Assembly (NCBI GenBank): GCA_013265495.1
Contig: MU059829.1
Span: 3,348,001-3,412,000 of the forward strand
Direction: 5' to 3'
Length of the DNA stretch: 64,000 nucleotides
DNA from: Vicugna vicugna
Taxonomy: Eukaryota
The position numbers were made by a program, and so were the translations under genes. Under the pieces are notes generated by a model that made no database searches, was not told the origin of the DNA, and saw only the letters and a list, made by a program, of their open reading frames with translations. Positions 23,400 through 33,720 of this stretch are shown piece after piece. The first letter of the stretch is position 1, and every line of letters begins with the position of its first letter.

Positions 23400-24620
23400 T
23401 GTCCGGCGAGAACGGGGACTGGCGTAAGCTCCACCCTCCGCAAGCTGCCAGGGCCTGAGTCCGCTGGCCTCGACGTGAGAAGACGAACGTTCCCCTCGGA
23501 AAGAGCACTACGCACGGCCGCGCTGCCCTGTCTACCTCCGTCTCCAGGAGGAAACCCGAGTGCGCGTTCGGCAGGCACTTCCGTTCCAACTCTGCTGAAA
23601 GGGACGCTTCCGGCACAGAGAGTTCCTCCCACCGCCATTTCACAGAAATCCACCCAGACCGGCCCGTGCTGGGGGTGGGGCCCCGGTGGGGCCCCTCCCC
23701 TCCTCCTCCTGGTCCCAGGTCTCTGCTGAAGGCACACAGCGCCCCGAGGGCTGCTGGCGATAGGAAACGGCAACCCCTCCGGCTTCCTCGCACCTCCTTG
23801 GAGAGAAAACCTGCGGACGTGGAGGACGGCTGTTTCGAGCAAAACGCGGCCAAGTGGTTTCACGATCTGGGCCGCTAAGCAAATGGACCACCCTGAGTGG
23901 CTCCACGCAGCGCTTCCTGAACAAAAGGTTCTCGTCAGGGCAGTGAAGCGGAGTGCCACCGCACGTCGCCGGTGCTGCCTCGTGGCGCTGGCGCTGCTGG
24001 TGGGCTAGTCTCCCTCCGCCCTGACGGGACTGAGCCGTCGGAAACACGCGACAGGCGCTGCACAAGGCGACACTTCCTTCCTGGCCGACCTGTGCGCTGG
24101 GAGCCCCTGGTGGAGAACCAGTGAGTGCACCCCCCACCCCCACCCCCGTGGGCCAGGAGCCAGCGCAGACCCCTCAGCCTCCCGTCCTCTTCACCCACCC
24201 GGAAGCCCACCTTCCCGGCGTCACTGTCCCACCTCCCGCGCTGGCCTCCCTCAGGCCGCGGTGCTGTCCCCCCACCGGGCCCGGGACACGTCCCTCCCCG
24301 CGTCCGGAGCCGACCGCACCCCGCCCCGCGCTCCTCTTCACTGCGCGGGGCAGGCCGCTCTCCCACTCGCATCGGAGCCGCGGCTCAGCTCAAGGCCCAC
24401 GGGCTCCCGGGGCCTGGCCGCCGTGCTCCGCCTCTGTCACGGCGACGCCGGGGCCCGCCGGCCGCTCTGCCTTCTCACGTCTCGCGAGACGAGCAAAGTG
24501 CTCGTGTGTCTGGTTTACAATTTCAGCCCAAAACCTCGCAGGGGGCCCGGCGCCCAGGCAACGCTCCCTCCTCACTGCGCAGATGGCGTCGCCCGAGAGT
24601 CACTGCATAGAACCACCTGC
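23400..24620. promoter_or_regulatory. GC/CpG-rich region, CpG-island-like
   Basis: Elevated GC and CpG by inspection, less dense than the islands at 3.5-4.4 kb and 32.5-33.7 kb. Confidence 0.5.
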
Positions 24621-27600
24621 ACTGCTTCCCTTTCTTAATTTAAAAACCAGTAGTGCCTCCTCTGGTCAGAGCCCTGTGCTAGGTTCTGGGGACACAGAGA
24701 CAGAAGAGGGCGTCCACATCGTGAGGTTTACATCGTGCCGGGGAAACAGATGGAATCAGAAAACGACGCAGTTATTGTGTGTGTGTGTGTGGGGGGGGTT
24801 CTGTTACTTGAAATAAAAAAGATCCCTAACTGACAAAACAGCAGCCAATTCAAAGCGCCCCTGTTCATCTAATCGGGACGCGGGGCCTCGTCCTCAGCGC
24901 TCACTTTCTCCAGGGTCGGTTTCTCCCCGGGCACCTTGCCTCACCCTTAGCGACACCGGCGGGTCCCCGAATCTGCTCTCCCTTCCCGTCTTCTTCGATT
25001 TCCTTTCTCCTTAGTCAGCCGCCCCCTCCCAGGCAGCAGCCCTTCACAATAAGCCTTCCCTGTTCTGCACACTCTGTGCCGGTGTCTTCAGGCTTGACCC
25101 TCACGCATCAGTACTAAACTTTCATCAAGGCCAGACCACACAGGCCCATTTTCTGTCATCCTGCCCACTGGACCCCAAACTTATGAAAGCACTATATGAA
25201 TAAACACATGCAAATTGAGTGAAAATCAATCAGAAGCCAAGAAACGACGGTTCTAGCTGCTTCCCTGGGAGGAGAATAGAAGGAAGAGCCTCAGCGGTTT
25301 TACCAAACACACGGAAGAGGTAAGGCACGGATACGGAACAGCTCTGAGCTGTCCAGCAGACTGAAAGACTCAAGCTCTTCTGAGTCCAAACACTTATGCC
25401 GGGGTCCCCGACTCCTCAGACACCAGGGACGGGGTGTGCCGAGCTGGGGTTCACATCGCCCCGCGTCCTACATGGGCACCGCTGAGCTGGGGGCCGGCCT
25501 GGCCAAGGTGAGGGGGGCTCTGGGGCCACTGCAGGCCCCAGGCGGTCCAGGGCTGCAAGGACTCTCGTGGCTGTGCTCTCCCCAGAGGGGGCAAGGACGT
25601 GACTGCAAGGCAGCCTCTCTCCTTAAAGAAAGGGGAACCGCGGGGCTGCTCACCCGGGAGGAGGAAGGACACGCCTGCACTCCCAGGTGGCAGTCCTCAT
25701 GGTGTGAAGGACTCTCCAGGGGGGAGGGACCACTGAGGTCAGGGTGGAGGTCACGGGGTTCGGGTGAGAGGGGGCAGTGAAGAAAAGCAACGCAGACCGA
25801 GGACACTTCGTGGGGAGAATCACCACGGCTTTCGGAGTGACTGATCTTGCAGGCTGAGGGAGAAGGGGGCGCTCAGAGCCCAGTGCCAGTCCCGGCCGAG
25901 CTCCGGCAGCCACCCTGGCACCTGGGCCGCCAGCACCGTTCCGCAAGGCTTGCGCGTGTGCATGTGTGTATGTGCGTGTGCGTGCGGGTGGCCAGGGACT
26001 GACGGTGCAGACAGAAGGTCCTGGGGGGCTGCTCACCTCCTGGCCTCTATCGGGGGCTGGCTCGGGCCAGGTTGTGCAAACTGCTCAGGTCATAAACGTG
26101 CAGCATAAACTTCTCTCTGCAGACGACACTCAATGAAAAGTTTAAATAGAGAAACAGACTCTCATAGGAAAGCAAACGTCTGCGGCACTCACGGACGTAA
26201 AAATGCCCGACCCACCCAGAACGAGAGAAACACACAGCGTGGCACAGTGAGTGAACACTGCCCCCTGCGCACGACGGGAAGGGAGCAGGAGGGCGGAGTG
26301 CTGGGCCCCCTATGCTCCCCCAGGGACAGGCTAAAAACGCCTTTACCCACGAATCACTGTATCTTCACTTACAGCTGTAACCGTGTATGTTTGAATGTCC
26401 TATTAAAACACATTACTGCATTAGTTGTATTGATAGCAAAACCTCAGAAATGACCACACGCTCCTCAGTGGGGGGCAGGTGGTAGCCGAGGGGGAGTCCA
26501 GGCCCCGAACTGCAGCAGCTCGGTTTGAACTGGCAAGAACGTCTTCAAGGTGCATGTTAGGAGGGAACTGCAAGACGTGGGTGGCTGTGTGTGGACACCT
26601 ACTGCCGGAGTGACTATTGGACATGTAATTTCCCTGAAGAGACTAGAAGGAGCACTGGGCATCTCCAAAAGGGCATGGGGTTAGCACAGTGGTGAGCTGG
26701 GGAGCAGGGCGAGGCCGGGGACACCCCACGTTTCACATAATCTAACACAACACTGGCTTTAAGGTGAGCCACTAAACAGGAAAACCAGACAAGGACAGTG
26801 TGACTTATAGCATCGTCCATCTCTGGTTATAAGACACAGCCCCATATCTCAGCAGTAGGCACGGTAAAATGTGCAAAAAGCACACTGGAGACTCTATGAA
26901 ATTCTATGCTTTCCACTTTCTACCCTTTTTGTCTTTTGAGTTTAATGTTACCTGTTCAAAATGGCCTATTAAAATCAGCTATGTCTTACTGTTTACAGTT
27001 TGACTACGTTTAAAATGTAATGACATTACATTTAATGAGTTAAAAGTGTGCTGTCCACGGGGCACGGGCCGCGGCACAGTCAGGTCGCAGAACGAGGACT
27101 CAGAGGAAAACAGAACTCAAGCTCAAAGCACTGACGCTGCAGAGGAGAACCGGCTGCGGTGTTCAGCACTGCCAGCCGCGGCCCAGCCTGGCCTGGGGTG
27201 GCCCCCCAAAACGAGAGTAGGGAAGCATTCTCAAACGTCATAGAGACCTGTGAGCGTCTGTATTTCAAGAACCTAATTCTGGTAAAAATACTTCAAAAAT
27301 AAAGAACGAAATACTACTCATTTCCCTAAAGCGAAACGTGCCAAAATACAGGAAAGAAATGCTTCTAACTATGCCATGTGACTCTACAGATCTTGGAGTT
27401 CATTTGTGTAAACCTGCGGAACAACTGGGGCTGCCCTCTCTGGTCTGGAATGATGATTGTAACAGTAATATTTACGGGGCATTTATGTGTGTCAGGAGCT
27501 ACTTAAGCTGCTCACAACTATTAACTGATGATTAAGGATCCTTGGTGTGTAAATAAACCACGTCTCTGTTCATCTTCTTGCAAAGCTACACTCTAGCTAG

Positions 27601-29439
27601 CTCATTAAAAATAAGTGAAAACTTCTAGGCCTGAAGTGGAAATCCAGCTCACAATTCTAGCTCAGTGGATTAAATGACACTGCATAGAAGTCACTGCCTT
27701 CAGAACGGCGTTCCGCTGGTCAAGTGGAGACGTTCCATTATTCATTAGCTGACCTTCTTATTTCATGGCGCACTAATTGGCTGTACAATTTAATTATGCA
27801 CAAAACTCTAATTGATGATATTAAGGGTGCCCACCGGCTCCATCAATCAGAAGGAACAAATTGCGTTATTACAGGTTTTGCTACGTTGCACGCCAAATAC
27901 AGAAGCGCGTTTCACATGCTGTATGCCTCTGGGAGCAGAGACAATCAGGATCTCAGAACTACCGGATGAATTACACACGAAGGTCCAGACCCGCGCTGGC
28001 CACTCCGCTCGCCGGCCGAGGGATGAAGCACGTCCTTCCCAGTGGAGCCCGCCTGCGAGAGCCCACCAGGCCTGACGCTTTCGCTGTGCTTTAGGAAACA
28101 TTAAACCCTCAGGAGACTTTGTTTTGTTTCTCTGATCCGTGTGCACAGCCAGCTCTCAGAATCCAGGGGAAGGAAATCTGAGTTTCAGGAAATACGTGAA
28201 TTCTTCATAGCCATTAAGATGTCACTGCATTACTTTTTTATAATTTTATTTTTAATTTGGTTTTTATTTTTGGTAGAATTATACTTATCCATAATTTGAA
28301 GAGTCAATAACTTTTACGAGGTACAGCAGGCCCTGGACAGGTGGCCACATTCAGTTCTTCTAATTAATTTTTCGGTATTTACTTCTAAAGCGTACATATT
28401 AACCTTTAATTGCTACTTATTAACTTTCATTCGTGACAGTGTTCACGTCACTGAATGTGGAAGGCGGGGATTTAGCTCATTCTCCTCCGTCCCTCCCGCA
28501 CCCGCATGTCCCACCTCCTTCTCTCAGTCTCCGTCACAGTTTGTTTAGACCGGTGCTAACTCTCACGTTACTATGACAACGCAAATGCTATTCACAGCCG
28601 AGCCACCTTCATCACAAGACTCCTTTTCATTTCCTGCACACCACCACTGCTTTCACAATTTCTGTAAGGTTAATAAACAGAAGCCTCAACTAACCAGAGC
28701 TGAGGGGCCAGAAGGGGAGGCCCTGTACCCTGAGGCTGGCAGAGCCCAGCGGCAGCAGGAGGCTTCACCAGGCTTCACTCCGCCCCTGTCAGCCTCCGAC
28801 TTCCCTTCCCCTTCAGGAACACTTCTTATTCCACTCACATGCACAGCCTAGCACCTGTTACCTGAGAGCTCGTCCCCTCACCACCTGCACCTGCTCTCTC
28901 CCTAGAGTCTGTCTCAACCCACACTTGGACCTTGGTCCTTCCCCAGACCCTTCCTGTCTGCTTTTTTCCACACGAGTTTCCTATTTCCTAAAAAAGTTGG
29001 CCCTCGAACAATTAAAGAACCTCAGGTGTCATATTCGGAAAGTCATTTTTTATTTCAGCGTGTGTTAATTTGTTGGTAGTAGTGACAGAGTTCACGTGAG
29101 AATAACAGGACATTAAGAACCTTGACAGGCTTATGCATAACATCACACGACTGTCAAAATTGGACCATGTTTGGTGGAAACTGTGCACCTGTGCATTTTT
29201 CTCAATGCAAATTCAGTATCTTTAAATATTTTTCCTTCAAAATCCAGAAGACCTTGTTTTCTGTATAAACTACTGAAACTATGAACATTGTAACGACATC
29301 AGTGCTAACTGTATTAATTCTGCTTCACGAGGTGACTTATTAAACTTTGTTTATTTGGGAAATTCATATATCGACAGCCTGGCGGTGGATAACATGCAGA
29401 CCGTGCAAGACTGGCGGGTTTCGGCCTTGCTCTGTCAGT

Positions 29440-29680
29440 CGCTGACGTTTGCATCCTCAGCTCTAAGCGCAGGTTTGTCTGGTTTTCCTTCCGGCTCTAT
29501 CAGCTTTGCTCTGTGCTCTTTTGCCCTGCTGTCCAGTGTGTGTGCATTCAGGGCCGTTACATCCTCCTGGCAGATGCCCCTTTGATCATCATGTAATGTC
29601 CCACTGGTTTCTAGTAATTTTCTTTGCTCTGAGATCTGTTAGCTCTGATATTATTACAGCCATTGCTTTTTTTCAAACTT
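29440..29680 (-). mobile_element. Old L1M ORF2 fragment
   Basis: tcatcatgtaatgtccc...gtaattttctttgctctgagatctg...tctgatattattacagcca matches antisense L1M ORF2. Confidence 0.6.
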
Positions 29681-30645
29681 CAAAAGGGTTAATACCAAGG
29701 AAAAATAGATTAAAAGTCACAACAGAATGCTCCAGAAAGATTAACCAAAGCAAATAAATAGTTTAGGAAATGTCTAATTAAGCAAATGCATAAAATATGA
29801 ACCAGTTAATAGTCCAGAACACGCTTAATTGTCTATTTCAGTTTAAGACCAATTAGCTACGGATAATTTAACAATAGTTGTTGTCTTATGTAAAATTTCA
29901 AGTTAGATGTAAAAATACTGTCATTCCACTTTGTCAGTGACTCTTCCTTGATTTAATACTGGTGCAAAATAAATGACGTCGCTCAATTTTCTAAATGCAG
30001 CTTTGACATTTTCTGATTTCAGTCAATTGTTCGGGTCTGCTTGTTACGCATGCTAAATCCAAGGAGAGAGAAATCTTTCTACAGTAAATGCCAGGGCTCT
30101 TGGCACTCTATCAGCTAGATGTGCAGACATCTGATAGCTTCCCTATGAATCTTTCATATTTTAAACTTCATGTTATATACTTTTTGGTACAGGAAAGTCA
30201 TTTACACATGTAAATTACTTCTCTTTCATTCTGCACCCACAAAGGAGGCGCGGAAATGAAATACAGTAAGTACATTTAACTTTAACGCAATTGTAATCGA
30301 TTGGCATCTCTGGTCTTCCTCACATGATGGATCTCAAAACTCTACAGCAGAACAAAGTATCGATTTTAATGAGTATCACTTTGCCTTGAAGAATTATCAT
30401 TAAACAAATAAAAATATCTAACAGAGAAATGGGATGCCATCAAATTCAGTAACAGTCAAATGTTGACAGTAGTAGAAATTTTTAAGTAAAGTTAAATCTT
30501 ACAAACTTGACAGAAGAAACTGAAAACTGCCTTATGCATGTGCCTTCAACTACTGCCTCCCCGAGCATTTATCAGACAGAGATTTTAAATTACCTTTGGG
30601 TTTCCTTGATCAACAATGAGAGTTACCATTAAAAAAAAAGTGTAA

Positions 30646-30803
30646 GGGGGAGGGTGTAGCACAAGTGGTAGACTGCACGCTTAGCATGCACGAGGTTATG
30701 GGTTCAATCCCCAGTACCTCCTCTAAAAATAAACAAACCTAATTTCCTCCCCAAAACCAAAATAAAATAATTGAATAATACAATAATAAATAAAATATTT
30801 TTT
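30646..30803 (+). mobile_element. tRNA-Ala-derived SINE (camelid vic-1-like), full length
   Basis: A box TAGCACAAGTGG 30657-30668, AGC anticodon-loop remnant CTTAGCA, B box GGTTCAATCC 30701-30710, A-rich tail. Target-site duplication AAAAAGTGTA at 30635-30644 and 30804-30813, preceded by TT (L1 endonuclease site). Confidence 0.9.
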
Positions 30804-30813
30804 AAAAAGTGTA

Positions 30814-30833
30814 TGTGTGTGTGTGTGTGTGTG
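30814..30833. repeat. (TG)10 microsatellite abutting the SINE 3' TSD
   Basis: Read directly. Confidence 0.95.
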
Positions 30834-31149
30834 CGCACTTGAGCGTAAAGACTGACTCATTGCTGGCTGAGAAAGAATGAACTCCGTCTCCTTACGGCGA
30901 TGTGAAGGTACTGAGACGAAAGTGCCGTGTGACGCATGGGGAGGACCCTGCTTCAGTGTGGATTCTGTTGGCTATCTGCGACAAAATGAAGCATCACGAG
31001 TTTTGCTGTTACGTGAGTGATGGCCAAGTGTAGTGGGCACCTGTTGTGTTAACTTTTCCAACATATTTTATGCCTTTTTGTCCTCCCAATTTCACTGAGA
31101 ACACGCCCGCCTCCAGGCCTGCGTTGGTCCCCATGTCTCCAGCACTGAG

Positions 31150-31535
31150 CCCACGGCTCACAGAGGCAGGGCTGTAACCCAAACCGAAGCTGACCAGGAC
31201 TTATTCCACCACTTTTATACTAGCGAAGTGTGGAATGAGACAAATGGAGGGTGGTGGCCGCCTCTGGATCGCAAGTTCCCCGGCTGTGAGGTCAGCCCCT
31301 TCCCCCGGGGAAGGTAGAGCACATTAATCTAACACAAAGCAGAAGGCGAAAGGATAAAAAAACATGAAGACAGAGTCCAGATGTGGGAGCGTAAAACCAG
31401 TCCTTAGTCCTTAGAATGAGGTCTTTTTTTCCTTTCTGTGTTTCCTACATTCTTTTTTTTTTTTTTTTTTTTTTTTTCATTTTTAGCTCAAGCTTATTTG
31501 AGTTGGGCTTCTGTCACTGGCATCCAAAATCCCTG
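31150..31535 (+). mobile_element. MLT1K-like MaLR solo LTR with an expanded T25 run (31453-31477)
   Basis: Terminal tcaagcttatttgagttgggcttctgtcactggcatccaaaatccctgac matches the MLT1J/K 3' end; left boundary approximate. Confidence 0.55.
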
Positions 31536-32499
31536 ACATATGTACCCAGGGCAGAACCAGGAGTCCCACGGCTCCTATGCGGGGTAAGACCAAGTTAGAC
31601 TTAGAGGCCCACTTCCTTCCGTCCTTACTCTCCAGCTGAAGCCTACAAAACGTGTGGGAGAAGAAAGACGCTTACTTGGCTGAAGCTCAGGGTACCTTCC
31701 TCTTAAGGAGCAAAACTGTTTTGTACAAAAGATGGTGGTGCGCTCCCGGGGCAAAGGGTAAGTCCGCGGGACTGTAACACTGTCTCTCCTGTAGTGCGGC
31801 TCTTTTTTGAGGTTAGCTGACTGCTGAATTAGGAACTGTGCACATCCACTAGCAGTTGGAGGCCTGTATTTGGCAAAAAAACAAAACAAAACAAAAAAAC
31901 CAACCAACCAAAGGGAAGAATGAATGCCTCTTCTACTCAGCTTGATTTGGGATCGGGGTGACACATGGGGCCTCTGGAAAGACTGAAACTCAGAGCCCCT
32001 TGGGGTTGTCGGCAGGAGCAGGGCAGAGAACGCAGTGCTGGAGGAAACGAAGAGAACCTAGCCGGGAGGCACACGGCGAAACACCTGGGCTGCTGGGTCT
32101 GGTAAGCGTCCACCCTCCGCGACGGGACAGCGGGGGCGGCGACGCCCGGGCTGCCCAGGAAAGCGTCACACGAACATTAGTAAGACCCAGCTGCGCGCGG
32201 AGACACGGTGGGGAGACTTAAGTCCGTCCCCGCGGAAGCCCCGCAGCTCCATAGAGCACAGCTGGGAAACACTCGTCTCGTACAAGGCCCTAACTGGAAA
32301 ATTTTTTTAATTGAAAAATGTGCACCAGTAGAGAAGCTAAGCCAACAGCCGAAGTCGCGACTCACCTGATATAAGCAAACAGGGCCTTCGTGGGGACAAC
32401 TGCCAGGCGGCTCCGGCTGAGTTCCAGCTTAAACTCATGCAGGTCATTCTGCCTCCAGGTCATCACACACAGAAAAATGTCAGACCATCACAAGGGCTC

Positions 32500-33720
32500 T
32501 GAGCCTGAGACGCCGCTCACAGCACAGCCTCTTCCCGGAGCGCCTCGCCTCCCGCGCCGTGCAGGGCGGCTGGGCCGGCCCTCGCCGCGCTCCCTGGCGT
32601 CCACGCCGGCAGCCCGCGCGGCGGCCTCTCTCCTCCGGGCCCAGGGCTGCGCCGCGGCCGCCGGAGCGCCTGCTCGGCACGTCCCAGGGCTGCACACGCG
32701 GCGCCGAGGGCTCCAGCGGCCTGCGCGCCCTCGGCCGCAGGCACGCACGCCGCTCCCCTCGGGCGCCCGGGACGCGGTCAGGGTCCCGGCAGCGCCCCCG
32801 CCCGGCGACGTCGTGTTCACTCGCACTTCTCTCCCGTTGCCACACGCAGCGCGTGTCCCCGGGAAGGTGGCGTGTATTCGAAACCTAGTCCATTTCTCAG
32901 AAGAGAGGGAAAAAATCACCCTCAGATTTACCACATACATACGCATTACTACATACGGGCCCGCATCGCTAGCACATGCATTAGAGGAGAAAATGCATTA
33001 TTACTGTTGTTACTTTCCGCTGTATTACAGCGTCGTTACAGCTTCCAGGGAAGCGGCCACCCCTGCGGCTGCACGGAGCCCGGGAGGCCCTCACGGCACC
33101 GCTCGCCCCCGCGGGGCCGCTGAGCCCAGCAGCGCACGCGTGGCAGGCAGAGGCTGCCGCCCGCCGGGCGCTGGCCGGGTGCGGGGACCCGGAAGGCGGC
33201 CGGGCGGCCCGCAGGGCCCGCCGCGCCCAGCCCTGCCTGACTTCGGGAAGCAGCCGTTCCCACCGGCACTTCCTGGGGGACGTCCCGGGATGGGGAACCG
33301 CCGGCTCCGCCTACTCGCGCGTCTCGTCAACTTGCAAGCCCCGCGGCGAAGAGGGCCTCGCTCGGCGGTAACGCGTGTACGCTGGGAGCCTGTGAGGCCG
33401 CCCTGTGAGGGCGCGAGGCCGGCGGCGCACGCCGCGCGCCCTTTGACTCCTGAACAGGCCGCTTCGGGCCGGGACAGACGCCAACGCGCGAGTCTCAGCC
33501 CCCTCTGGCCCGGCCGCTCTCCTTACGGCTCCGAGGGTGAGAACCGGGCCTACGCGCCCCGTCGCCCGCGCCCGCGCCCGCAGCCAGCGTCACAACTGGA
33601 GACGTGAGCGTCAGCTTTGCTTTTACCTTCTGCCTGCTTCTGCAGCACCTGCTTCGCAGCCACATCCTTAGAACCGGGACGACAACGCGCAGTTTTCACC
33701 GCGCGGGAAGCAGCCACACT
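32500..33720. promoter_or_regulatory. Orphan intergenic CpG island with an AT-rich core (~32875-33045)
   Basis: About 10 CpG per 60 nt in both arms (e.g. 32701-32760). No recognisable coding gene nearby. Confidence 0.8.

Noticed and set aside
30245-30265. 21-nt microexon-like unit (pyrimidine tract, AAG| ... CA|GTAAGT)
   Set aside because: It lies 14 kb beyond the CSMD1 poly(A) site, has a weak AAG acceptor and no host transcript is evident. GTAAGT occurs often by chance in 64 kb.
30646-30720. Possible tRNA-Ala(AGC) gene (also at 54776)
   Set aside because: Stems are disrupted, and both copies have a non-tRNA A-rich tail and target-site duplications, so they are SINEs.
32390-33607. 405-aa ORF, the longest in the window
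   Set aside because: It lies over a CpG island, is Arg/Pro/Ala/Gly-rich low complexity, has no recognisable domain, and overlapping ORFs are open in other frames. This is stop-codon scarcity in GC-rich DNA.
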